NCBI GenBank assembly: GCA_047947115.1
Contig: CP170459.1
Span: 5,183,641-5,247,640 of the forward strand
DNA: 64,000 nucleotides
Origin: Verrucomicrobiota bacterium
GTDB lineage: Bacteria; Verrucomicrobiota; Verrucomicrobiia; Limisphaerales; AAA164-E04
Direction: 5' to 3'
In this document: positions 9,188 to 18,673 of the stretch, piece after piece
Layout: each line of letters opens with the position of its first letter
Numbering within the stretch: position 1 is the stretch's first letter
Position numbers and translations under genes: made by a program
Notes under the pieces: generated by a model
The model's input: the letters and a program-made list of their open reading frames with translations, nothing else
Told to the model about the DNA's origin: nothing
Databases searched by the model: none

Positions 9188-12100
9188 AAAACGGGAAAGT
9201 TGTCGATGGCAATCGAATGCTTTGACTCCCTGCCTGCTTCTGGCCGGTTACCTTTTCCTGCTTTTTTCGATTGAACTTCTCACTTCTCAAAACACCTACG
9301 CAGCATCGCATTCAGTCCATTCCTTTACGACAGTCCCACTCGACGTCGAAAAAACCACTGCAACCGGATTCAAGCGACTTGATGCCGGGGAAACAGGGAT
9401 TGATTTCAAAAACCTTCTGGCGGGTGATGCGTTTTTGACCGATGCGGTGGCGCATAATGGTTCCGGGTTGGCTTTGGGGGATGTGGATGGGGATCGCTTG
9501 GTGGACATTTACTTCTGTGGCTTGCAATCCCCCAATAAGCTGTTCAAGAACCTTGGCAACTGGAAATTTCAGGAACAGGAAATCGGAACGGCCGCTTGCA
9601 GCGATCAACGATCAACCGGAGCCGCACTGGTCGACCTTGATGGAGATGCGGATCTGGACCTGCTGGTCAACGGGATTGCCACCGGGACAAGACTGTTCCT
9701 GAACGATGGAGCCGGACGCTTCACCGAATCGAAGGAGAACGGACTTTCCCAAACCTCTTCCGCCACTTCGATGGCGCTCGCCGACATCGATATGGATGGC
9801 GACCTGGATCTTTATGTCGCCCATTACGTCGACGTCATGTACACCGCCGACCCAACCACCCAATACGCATTGGCCCGCCAAAACGGCACCTTTGTGGTGT
9901 CGCATGTCAACGGAGAACCCACCACCACCCCGAGACTGCGCAATCGATTTACAGTATCCCCTACGGGTCGCTTGCAGGAACTGCCGGAATTTGACGCCCT
10001 GTATCTCAACAAGGGTGACGCCCGGTTCAAACCGATCCAATTTGAGAAAGGAACCTTCAACAACCAGCAGGGTCGTCCCGTAATGCCTCCCCGGGACTGG
10101 AGTTTGGCAGTGATGTTTCGTGATCTGAACGATGACGATTATCCGGACTTGTATGTCTGTACTGACAACGCCTCCCCTGACCGGGTCTGGATCAATAATG
10201 GCAATGGAACCTTTCGCATGCAGGAAGCAACTGCCATCCGCCACACCAGCCGATCTTCCATGGGCATTGATTTTGCGGATATCGATCGGGATGGAATCGA
10301 TGATTTTTTCGTCGCGGACATGTTTGCACGCACGCATGAGAAACGCATGACCCAGTTATCCAAACAGTATTCAGATCCGCAGGAGATCCTGCATCCCAAT
10401 GGACGCCCACGTTACAACCGCAACACTCTTTTCATGGGGACAACCGATCATTCATTCGTGGAAACAGCCTTGATGGCGGGCGTCGCGGCTTCCGACTGGT
10501 CCTGGTGCCCCGTTTTCCTGGATGTGGATCTGGATGGATTCGAGGATCTGCTGGTGACAAACGGATTCAGTTTTGACGTCATGGATCAGGACAGCCAGGA
10601 CCAACTGCGCACCATGCAGATTTCCAAACACGAACGTCAGCGATCCCGTCAGTTTCATCCACCATTCGTCACTCCCAACGCCGCATTCCGAAATATCGGC
10701 AACGGCATTTTTGAACCAGCGGATGGTGATTGGGGATTTGACATCAACGGCATTTCAAACGGGATGGCTCTGGGCGACCTCGACAACGACGGGGATCAGG
10801 ACGTGGTCATCAACCAACTCAACGACCAGGCCATCGTGTTACGCAACATCACCAGTCAATCGCGCATCAAGGTTACCCTGACAGGAAAGGCACCCAACAC
10901 CATGGGTATTGGCGCTCGCATTCAATTGAATCAGGGAAGCAAGCAACAAAGCCAAGTCATCATCGGGGGAGGCAGATACCTTTCGGGAGATGAAGCATGC
11001 CGTGTATTCGGAATCCCCGAAACATCAGATGGCAACAACATATTGGAAGTCCAATGGCCGGATCGGTCCGTCTCAAGGATCGAAAACATCAAACACAACT
11101 ATCACTACACCATTCATCAGGCCGCAGCAGAGAATCCTCAGCCAACAGAAAAGCCCAATCCCCTCAAACCTCTTTTCACTGATTCAAGTCACTTGATAGG
11201 CCACAGCACGGTCTCCCAGCCGATGCAGACTGATTCAGTCATGCCCATACCGTTTCAAATGGATCACCCGATAAATCCTGGCTTGGCTTGGCAGGACATC
11301 AATGAAGATGGCTGGCCGGATTTATGGATTTCGGCTGAACGAGGTCAACCACCAGCCATCTACATCAACCGGCAAGGCAAAGCCTTTGAGAAACACCTGA
11401 ACTTCCCACCCGCCAAGGATGATCAAGGAACCGCCGTCGGGTGGAAAGACGACAATGGTGGAACTTTCTGGCTCGTTGCCACGCCGCACCGGATTTCACA
11501 CCCGCAGCGCGAAAGTGCGATTCAAGTATTTGACAGCAAATCATCGGAAGTATTGAGGACCCTGAGCATAGGTAAATACGGCATAGGAGACTTGAAAGTG
11601 GCGGACATGGATGGAGACGGAGATGAGGATTTGTTTATAGCCACCACGTCCCCATGGGGACGCTATCCGGAAGCAGCTGATTGCCAGGTATGGATCAACG
11701 AACAAGGCAAACTCCAACACAGCCCAACCTGGAGCCGTGCGTTTCAATCCGCCGGTGTCGTGCGCGCAGCCTCATTTTTCAACGGAGACCAGAATGGCTA
11801 TCCTGACCTGGCTCTGGCCACCGAGTGGGGCCCAATCAGAATCTATCTTAACACCGGATCAGGTTTTGAGGAGCAAACCGAGGAACTTGGACTAGCATCT
11901 GAAAACGGTTGGTGGACTGATGTTGAAACAGGCGATTTCAATGGAGACGGCCGACTGGATCTGGCAGCCACCAATCGGGGAAGCAATACGGAACTGGCCT
12001 TGATCAGAAATACTTCCTTTCGCGTTTATTACGGTGACGCGGACAGGAACAAACAGTTAGAAGTGATCACCACCTGGAAGTCAGAGAACCAGTGGTATCC

Positions 12101-12617
12101 GCTTTCCGACCGGAACACACTTACCCAACTCATCCCCGACCTGCCACAGCGCATCCCTTCACACCATCAGTTCAGTCAAGCGACGATCAATGATGTATTG
12201 GGAGATTCCATCGATCAATACAAGTGGCTGGAAGCACTGATCGAGGAGTCGAGTATCTTTCTTCGCACAGATACCGGCTACACACGTGTGCCTCTTCCAC
12301 ATCAAGCACAGCAGTCATCTGCATACTGCATTGAAATTCTGAACAGCAATGAGGACGACCACCTGGACCTATTCATCGGCCAAAACCATTTCGATCAGCA
12401 TTCAGCATGGACGCGGCTTGACAATGGGAGAGGATTGATTTGTCTGGGACAGGGGGACGGCACATTCAAGGTGTGCTCGGCAGATCAGGCGGGAATTCAA
12501 AGTGTGAACCAGCAGCGGCATGTGAGCGTGGTCGATGTAAACAAGGACGGCAAGAAGGATCTCAGCGTCATGCTCAAACACAAAGGCCCCGCCCTGCTCC
12601 TAGGAAACAAGCCATAA
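9174..12617 (+). CDS. secreted FG-GAP/VCBS-repeat protein with central ASPIC/UnbV-like domain (CRTAC1-family-like)
   Basis: 1147 aa with many Ca-binding FG-GAP loops (DVDGDRLVD, DLDGDADLD, DIDMDGDLD, DIDRDGIDD, DVDLDGFED, DLDNDGDQD, DMDGDGDED, DFNGDGRLD). An ASPIC/UnbV-like segment follows (GIGARIQLNQGSKQQSQVIIGGGRYLSGDE). The hydrophobic signal segment is LTPCLLLAGYLFLLF. The start codon is uncertain because it lies in the heptad repeat. Confidence 0.8.
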   Translation: MVNGEKRESCRWQSNALTPCLLLAGYLFLLFSIELLTSQNTYAASHSVHSFTTVPLDVEKTTATGFKRLDAGETGIDFKNLLAGDAFLTDAVAHNGSGLALGDVDGDRLVDIYFCGLQSPNKLFKNLGNWKFQEQEIGTAACSDQRSTGAALVDLDGDADLDLLVNGIATGTRLFLNDGAGRFTESKENGLSQTSSATSMALADIDMDGDLDLYVAHYVDVMYTADPTTQYALARQNGTFVVSHVNGEPTTTPRLRNRFTVSPTGRLQELPEFDALYLNKGDARFKPIQFEKGTFNNQQGRPVMPPRDWSLAVMFRDLNDDDYPDLYVCTDNASPDRVWINNGNGTFRMQEATAIRHTSRSSMGIDFADIDRDGIDDFFVADMFARTHEKRMTQLSKQYSDPQEILHPNGRPRYNRNTLFMGTTDHSFVETALMAGVAASDWSWCPVFLDVDLDGFEDLLVTNGFSFDVMDQDSQDQLRTMQISKHERQRSRQFHPPFVTPNAAFRNIGNGIFEPADGDWGFDINGISNGMALGDLDNDGDQDVVINQLNDQAIVLRNITSQSRIKVTLTGKAPNTMGIGARIQLNQGSKQQSQVIIGGGRYLSGDEACRVFGIPETSDGNNILEVQWPDRSVSRIENIKHNYHYTIHQAAAENPQPTEKPNPLKPLFTDSSHLIGHSTVSQPMQTDSVMPIPFQMDHPINPGLAWQDINEDGWPDLWISAERGQPPAIYINRQGKAFEKHLNFPPAKDDQGTAVGWKDDNGGTFWLVATPHRISHPQRESAIQVFDSKSSEVLRTLSIGKYGIGDLKVADMDGDGDEDLFIATTSPWGRYPEAADCQVWINEQGKLQHSPTWSRAFQSAGVVRAASFFNGDQNGYPDLALATEWGPIRIYLNTGSGFEEQTEELGLASENGWWTDVETGDFNGDGRLDLAATNRGSNTELALIRNTSFRVYYGDADRNKQLEVITTWKSENQWYPLSDRNTLTQLIPDLPQRIPSHHQFSQATINDVLGDSIDQYKWLEALIEESSIFLRTDTGYTRVPLPHQAQQSSAYCIEILNSNEDDHLDLFIGQNHFDQHSAWTRLDNGRGLICLGQGDGTFKVCSADQAGIQSVNQQRHVSVVDVNKDGKKDLSVMLKHKGPALLLGNKP

Positions 12618-12765
12618 CTTCAACGTTAACTTTTATGCAAAAAGACTATTTTCACACCTGTCAATATAATCTTTACATAAATTTCACAACGAACTAATAT
12701 TACTAATTGGAAACGTTAGTGTACGCAGAAGCGTGACATGATCATCACTAAAACAAAACTGAGTT

Positions 12766-15700
12766 ATGCTCAAAAAAAGAACCCTACTACTGACGGCAAC
12801 CGCCGCTCTAGCCCTACAGTTCACGGCAAAAGCCAACGACATTGAACCGGGCAAAGAATACTACACAGCGATCAAGGCACCCAACCCGATCGTTTTGGAT
12901 GGAGATCTTTCCGAATGGAAAGGCGCACAACTACTCGCAGACCCGAGGTTTTCCATACCCAAAGGTTCAGCCCGCGACGGAGAAGTAGTCTTCTTCGAGG
13001 AGTACAACGGGGGTTCCTGGACGGGTCCGGATGACCAAACTTCTGCCGTTCAGGTTGTATATGACGATGACAACGTTTATTTCGGGTTCACCGTCACGGA
13101 TGACTACCATGAGAACGCAGCCAACAGCGCCTGGAACGGTGACTCAGTGCAATTGATGATTGCGAACGAGGCCCGTGATCAGCAGATCGCCCTTTACAAC
13201 TACGCCCTGGGTGGCGTTGAAGGGGAAACGGGCGACGTGATCGTCATGCATGAAGCAGGACCGGCCACGGCAGCAGATGCAGAATTGACCGAAGCGGTTG
13301 TTGTCCGCAACGAGGAAACCAAACGCACCTACTACGAAATCAAACTTCCAAAATCCACCTTGGCTTTGGACGAATTGAAAGGCGGAGTGCGATTCGGTCT
13401 CGGTATGGCGATTAATGACGGCGACGAAGACACTCCCGGACAAAAAGGCTGGGGCGGTCTGGGCGCACACTCCATCGTGTTTGGCAAAACACCATCTGAA
13501 ACAGCTGTGGTCACCCTGGCCACTTCCAACGACATCGAACCCGGCAAGGAATTTTACACGGCAAACCCCGTTCCTGGAGCTTTGGACACCAAAACCGGAG
13601 CACTCAGCGATGGTTCCATCACCCTTGATGGCGACCTGAGCGAATGGAAAGGCATTCCTGTCCTGGCAGATCCCCGTTTCAGCATTCCCAAAGGAAGCAA
13701 ACGGGACGGAACACCTGTTTTGTTCGAAGAATACAACGGAGGCAGCTGGACAGGTCCGGACGACCAGACTTCTGCCGTTCAGATCGCTTACGATGCCAGC
13801 AACGTCTATTTCGGTTTTGTCGTTACAGACGATTACCATGAAAATGCGGCCAACAGTGCCTGGAACGGTGACTCTGTCCAATTGATGATTGCCAGCGCAA
13901 ATCAAGACCAGCAGATCGCCCTTTACAATTATGCGTTGGGCGGCATCGAGAACGAAACCGGTGATGTCATCGTCATGCACGAAGCAGGACCGGCAGCGGC
14001 TGCCGATGCTGAAGCTGTCACCGAAGCAGTCATCGTCCGCGACGAGCGCACCAAGCGCACCACCTACGAAATCAAACTTCCGAAATCCACTCTGGGACTG
14101 GAAACGCTTGAACTGGGCACCCAGTTCGGTCTGGGTATGGCAATTAATGACGGTGACGAAGACACTCCCGGACAAAAAGGATGGGGTGGCCTGGGCGCTC
14201 ACTCGATCGTATTCGGCAAGACCCCAGGGGAAACAGCCCTGGTGACTCTCGGCATCGGTGGCGCAGGAGGAGGAGGAATTTTCTTGTCCTCCACCGGAGC
14301 TGACATCAACTCCTTCTTCTTCCGTGCAAGTGACAAGGATGACTCCAAGGTCGACCCGGCAAGCGCCAAATTGACCATCAACGGTCAGGTAGTGGCACTC
14401 GAAGCCAGCGATAAAAAGGTGGATGCATACGATTTCACCTACACAATCGACGGACGATTCGATCCCAACACCAAGTTGGATTATGTGATCGAAATTTCGG
14501 ACACATTAGGAAAAACCATCTCGGATTCCGGAACGGTCACCACTCCTGCTTACGGTTTGCTTCTGAGCACCATGCTGGCAGCGGATGTTGACACTTCCAA
14601 ACCAGGATTCAACTTCAATGTCTGGCAGAGCGACCAATACAATCACGGGAACACACTCGCAAATGTGGAAGCCCTTTTGGAAGCAGCCCCCGAAGTGGAT
14701 GGCGCGACCATCGCCAATGACGCCTATGCGGACGAAGCCGGCCCGGCAAGTGATGCAGGCGAGTTGGTAGGCCACATGATGCACTACGAAATCCCAACCG
14801 TGCTCAACTTGAATGGCTACGCCAATCAGGTCGATCTGGGTAATTTCCAGCCGGACGATGTCATGCCCGGTATTCCTGGCAATTTTGGTTACTACGACGG
14901 CATCGCAGCCGAAATCGTTACCTTCATCGAGTTCCCTGAAGAAGGTTTGATCACCATGGGTGTCAACAGCGATGACGGTTTCCAGCTGACCATGGGAGCA
15001 ATCGGGGACAAGGCGAACGCAACGGTGGCCGCCAAAGCAGCCGGCGTAAGCGACACAAAATTCATTGTCGATGTGCGCGAAGCAGGTATTTATCCTGTGC
15101 GAATCGTTTATTACAGCCAGGCCGGCGATGCAGGCATTGAGCTTTACACCGAAAATGAAGCTGGTGAAAAAGTGCTGGTCAATGCCAACGGTGGTTTGAA
15201 AGCTTACCGCGCGGGAACAGCGCCGGAATTTGTCGCTCCTCCCCAATCGTTCTCAGGCACCCCGGTGGCACAGGGTGCGGATGTTTCCGAACCGACTGTT
15301 GTGAACTTTGGCGACTTGGGCAACCAGGCCACCTATGAGTTCTTCTTCAACGCAGTCATGGATGGTGCTTCCACCGCTATCGCAGGCAACAACGCCTTCG
15401 CGATCAAGTTGGATCAATGGAACAACCAGGGTGTGTTCGGCACAACCCAGTTCGGCGTGGCCGACAACTTGTTCGAAGCTGTGGCTGGACAAAGTGTGGC
15501 ATCCGTTTTCGGAGCTCCCGTGCATGTCGTGATCACCACGAACGCCGACGGCAGCAGCCTCTATATCAATGGTACCCTGTCCGGAACCTGGGCCGGTAAC
15601 TTCGATCTCTCTGGAGACACCAAAGTGATGGGCGCACGCCTGGAACAAGCAACCGACCACATGGGCGCTGGAAGTAAGATGTATAAATGGGCCACCTACA

Positions 15701-15930
15701 CCGGTGCGGCCAACGCCAGCCAAGTCATGGCGCTTTACAACGCCCGCCCCGATACCGGCGGTGGATCCATCGCCTCTGTTGCATTGGTTGACGGAAATGT
15801 CGTGATCGAATACACGGGCACGCTGAAAAGCTCGGCGACGGTCAACGGAGCCTACGCTCCAGTTGCCGGTGCTGCTTCGCCTTATTCGATAGCACCTGAT
15901 CAATCACAGGCATTCTTCATTGCTGAATAA
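12766..15930 (+). CDS. large secreted lectin-like protein: 2x CBM9/DOMON-like modules + PA14-like + LamG-like domains
   Basis: 1054 aa with signal peptide MLKKRTLLLTATAALALQFTAKA. Two ~235-aa copies of a module carry DGDLSEWKG..ADPRFSIPKGS..VTDDYHENAANSAWNGDSVQLMIA. A PA14-like region follows (GVNSDDGFQLTMG, AGIYPVRIVYYSQAGDAGIELY), then a LamG/ConA-like region (ATYEFFFNAV..SLYINGTLSGTW). Family names are by resemblance only. Confidence 0.7.
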   Translation: MLKKRTLLLTATAALALQFTAKANDIEPGKEYYTAIKAPNPIVLDGDLSEWKGAQLLADPRFSIPKGSARDGEVVFFEEYNGGSWTGPDDQTSAVQVVYDDDNVYFGFTVTDDYHENAANSAWNGDSVQLMIANEARDQQIALYNYALGGVEGETGDVIVMHEAGPATAADAELTEAVVVRNEETKRTYYEIKLPKSTLALDELKGGVRFGLGMAINDGDEDTPGQKGWGGLGAHSIVFGKTPSETAVVTLATSNDIEPGKEFYTANPVPGALDTKTGALSDGSITLDGDLSEWKGIPVLADPRFSIPKGSKRDGTPVLFEEYNGGSWTGPDDQTSAVQIAYDASNVYFGFVVTDDYHENAANSAWNGDSVQLMIASANQDQQIALYNYALGGIENETGDVIVMHEAGPAAAADAEAVTEAVIVRDERTKRTTYEIKLPKSTLGLETLELGTQFGLGMAINDGDEDTPGQKGWGGLGAHSIVFGKTPGETALVTLGIGGAGGGGIFLSSTGADINSFFFRASDKDDSKVDPASAKLTINGQVVALEASDKKVDAYDFTYTIDGRFDPNTKLDYVIEISDTLGKTISDSGTVTTPAYGLLLSTMLAADVDTSKPGFNFNVWQSDQYNHGNTLANVEALLEAAPEVDGATIANDAYADEAGPASDAGELVGHMMHYEIPTVLNLNGYANQVDLGNFQPDDVMPGIPGNFGYYDGIAAEIVTFIEFPEEGLITMGVNSDDGFQLTMGAIGDKANATVAAKAAGVSDTKFIVDVREAGIYPVRIVYYSQAGDAGIELYTENEAGEKVLVNANGGLKAYRAGTAPEFVAPPQSFSGTPVAQGADVSEPTVVNFGDLGNQATYEFFFNAVMDGASTAIAGNNAFAIKLDQWNNQGVFGTTQFGVADNLFEAVAGQSVASVFGAPVHVVITTNADGSSLYINGTLSGTWAGNFDLSGDTKVMGARLEQATDHMGAGSKMYKWATYTGAANASQVMALYNARPDTGGGSIASVALVDGNVVIEYTGTLKSSATVNGAYAPVAGAASPYSIAPDQSQAFFIAE
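12835..14250 (+). repeat. intragenic tandem duplication (unit 1 12835-13527, unit 2 13528-14250)
   Basis: Both units start NDIEPGKE(Y/F)YTA and end GKTP(S/G)ETA(V/L)VTL. Similarity is visible at DNA level (gacattgaaccgggcaaagaatactac vs gacatcgaacccggcaaggaattttac). Unit 2 carries a short insertion (GALDTKTGALSDGSIT). Confidence 0.9.
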
Positions 15931-15961
15931 GCATTGCATTCCTGTTTCGATTCAAATTCAC

Positions 15962-15996
15962 AAAAGCCCACCCTGACCGGGTGGGCTTTTCTTTTT
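15962..15996 (+). terminator. rho-independent terminator
   Basis: aaaaGCCCACCCtgaccGGGTGGGCttttcttttt: an 8-bp GC-rich stem, 5-nt loop and T-run, 32 nt after the stop at 15930. A-run on the 5' side, so possibly bidirectional. Confidence 0.85.
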
Positions 15997-16322
15997 CACC
16001 CTGCGTTTCTCAGGGAAATCCATGGATTCTCCAACCAGATTAATACCGATTACCAAATATTTTCACGTAATTGAATCCGCTGGGGGGTTCGCATTCTAAT
16101 GCCCCTCCGCTTTCGACCAAAAAGCACAAAGAAGAATGAGGTATACAAGCCGCCCCCAACAAAGTCCGTGGGGTGATCTCTCAATTCCCGCGTGTCGTTT
16201 CCGAATGGCAGATGCTTCAGAAGACACGCCTGTCATCCATGAAGCGGTTGGGGTTGCTGTTGAGTGTGGATTTGGATTTCAACAACCATGAGGTTCGCAG
16301 CGGAACGCCATGCAAAGCCAGG

Positions 16323-18503
16323 TCACTGGACAGTTTTTCGACGGATCGCTCGATAGATATTGAGCTGTAGATAGCTTACTGATTGATTCAAATGCTCACG
16401 CACAGGAGCAAGGCGTTCGGCGCCAAGTTCGTTAAAGGCGAGTTCCATGACGGCCGCCTCTTCCTCGGTAAACCATGCGTAGTCTCTGATCTCAAGGTTC
16501 TCCTCCACGGCCTGTGCCAGATGCTGTTCAATCGTCACTCTTTTAAATCCGCGAATTTCAGCAATGGCGTCGAGATCCATCCCTTCGTTGAACAGCCGCA
16601 AGCTTTCAAACACACTCCCACTCACACCTTGTTGACGCTCTTTGGATTTGGAACCCAGTGCCGGCGGATTGGCAAAGGTCTGTTTTGGATGCCCGTTCAA
16701 AAAGTTCTGAATGGCTTGAATAAATGCGCGACCATACGCTTCCAGCTTGACGCTTCCCACACCGGACATGCAACCAAACAGCTCAAGATCCTGAGGATAA
16801 TACGTCGACATCTGCCTCAACGCCACATCGGAAAAAATCGTATAGGCGGGAACGCCCTTCTCATCAGCCAGCTTCTTGCGCAAGGCGCGTAGCTCATCAA
16901 ACAATGCCGCATCATATTCCGACCCCGCCGCATCGGCGGAACCGGGTTCGCCTGCGCTCTTCCTAAGCGGTTCCGTCAATTCAATGGTTTGCCGTTCTTT
17001 GAGAAACCGCATTCCTTCAGTGGTTAATTGAATGGTGTGAAACTGGTCCGGGTCCTGGTGTATCAAACCTTTCCGCATCAGTTCTCTTCCAAAGTGCATC
17101 CAGGCATCCCGCGAATGTTCCTTACCAATTCCGTACGTGGTCAAGGTCTCGTGTCCCCACTGCCGGATTTTTTCTGTGTTGCCGCCAGTCAGAACTTCCA
17201 CAAGATGCCGCAACCCGACGGCAAAACCACTGTGTTCTTTCACCCGAAACACACAAGACATCAGCATCTGGGCAATGCGCGTTCCATCGATCTGATTTCT
17301 GGGCACCAGGCAGTTGTCACAACCTCCACAAGGCACATCACTGAACACCTCGTCAAAGTAGGCCAGCAGACGCTCGCGACGGCAATCGGCGCTTTCCGCA
17401 AAATGGGCCATTTCACGCAGTTGATTCATGGCCACCTGACGTTCCTGTTCCGGTTTGTTTTCTTCCCAAAGCCGCCGGTATTTGTGCTCGTCCGCGGCGC
17501 TCAGCAGCAGCAGACATTCGCTTGGCAAACCATCCCGCCCCGCCCTACCCGTTTCCTGATAGTAACCTTCGATATTGCGTGGCAGGTGATAATGGATCAC
17601 ATAGCGCACATTCGGCTTGTCGATCCCCATTCCAAAGGCCACGGTGGCGCAGATGACATCAATGTTGTCCTTGATGAAACCATCCTGCGTGTCCCGGCGA
17701 ACATTATCCTCCAATCCCGCATGATAAGCCGCAGCATTGATCTGGTGCCCTTTGAGAAAACTTGCCAGATTCTCCGTTGCGGCACGACTGAAGCAGTAAA
17801 CGATTCCACTCTCACCGGCATGGCGGCGCACCACATCCAGCACCTGATGATCACCTTGTTTTCGGGGCTTGACCGCATACTTGAGGTTCGGCCGGTTGAA
17901 GCTGCCGATAAAGGTCCGGGCATCTTTTAATTTTAAACCGGTGATGATGTCTTCACGCACCCGCTGCGTGGCGGTGGCGGTCAATGCAAGGAGTCCGGCA
18001 TTGGGAAAACGGGTTCGGAGTTGACCCAGTTGACGGTATTCAGGGCGGAAATCGTGTCCCCATTCGCTGATGCAATGCGCTTCGTCAATGGCAAATCGCG
18101 TTACGTTCCATTTGGTCAACTGGTCGAGAAAATCGGGCAACATCAAACGTTCGGGAGCCACGTACAACAAACGATATACCCCATTCCACAAGCCTCGAAC
18201 CCGTTCGGATGATTCGGGACGGGACAATGAGGAGTTCAGAAATGTTGCCGGAATACCCGCCGCATCCAGTGAGTCCACCTGATCTTTCATCAAGGCAATC
18301 AGAGGCGACACCACCACGGTCAACCCTTCGGTGGCAACAGCCGGAAGCTGGTAGCACAAGGATTTACCGCCACCGGTCGGCAACAGGGCAAAGGTGTCTT
18401 TACCTTCCAGCACGGATGTGATGATTTCGCGCTGCAACGGGCGAAATCCGTCAAATCCAAAATGTTCTTTTAATAACGATACCAACGACGATTCATTTCT
18501 CAT
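16323..18503 (-). CDS. recQ: ATP-dependent DNA helicase RecQ
   Basis: ORF 16323..18584, with the start moved to MRNESSLVSLLKEHFGFDGFRPLQ (ATG 18501-18503). Motifs are PTGGGKS, FAIDEAHCISEWGHDFR and a Zn-binding Cys cluster (CRRERLL..CGGCDNC). An HRDC domain is present (FDELRALRKKLADEKGVPAYTIFSD), plus about 120 extra C-terminal residues with an HTH-like look. Confidence 0.92.
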   Translation of the reverse strand: MRNESSLVSLLKEHFGFDGFRPLQREIITSVLEGKDTFALLPTGGGKSLCYQLPAVATEGLTVVVSPLIALMKDQVDSLDAAGIPATFLNSSLSRPESSERVRGLWNGVYRLLYVAPERLMLPDFLDQLTKWNVTRFAIDEAHCISEWGHDFRPEYRQLGQLRTRFPNAGLLALTATATQRVREDIITGLKLKDARTFIGSFNRPNLKYAVKPRKQGDHQVLDVVRRHAGESGIVYCFSRAATENLASFLKGHQINAAAYHAGLEDNVRRDTQDGFIKDNIDVICATVAFGMGIDKPNVRYVIHYHLPRNIEGYYQETGRAGRDGLPSECLLLLSAADEHKYRRLWEENKPEQERQVAMNQLREMAHFAESADCRRERLLAYFDEVFSDVPCGGCDNCLVPRNQIDGTRIAQMLMSCVFRVKEHSGFAVGLRHLVEVLTGGNTEKIRQWGHETLTTYGIGKEHSRDAWMHFGRELMRKGLIHQDPDQFHTIQLTTEGMRFLKERQTIELTEPLRKSAGEPGSADAAGSEYDAALFDELRALRKKLADEKGVPAYTIFSDVALRQMSTYYPQDLELFGCMSGVGSVKLEAYGRAFIQAIQNFLNGHPKQTFANPPALGSKSKERQQGVSGSVFESLRLFNEGMDLDAIAEIRGFKRVTIEQHLAQAVEENLEIRDYAWFTEEEAAVMELAFNELGAERLAPVREHLNQSVSYLQLNIYRAIRRKTVQ

Positions 18504-18673
18504 CCCATGTGTTTTCCATTCAGATATTTCAATTGTCGATGGTGCAACCGGGAACGATCCTATCAAAATTAAAAGCATCATCAAGTGGATGACGTGAAAA
18601 AGTTGAGAAATCAGAGCTTCTTTGCATTTGAATCCACTCCGGGATCTCCCTATCCTTCGAGCCGACCCAAACC

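Noticed and set aside
16132-16290. Small unannotated ORF (~51 aa) in the spacer between the 15962 terminator and the recQ 3' end.
   Set aside because: No RBS, no motif, and a composition typical of random sequence.
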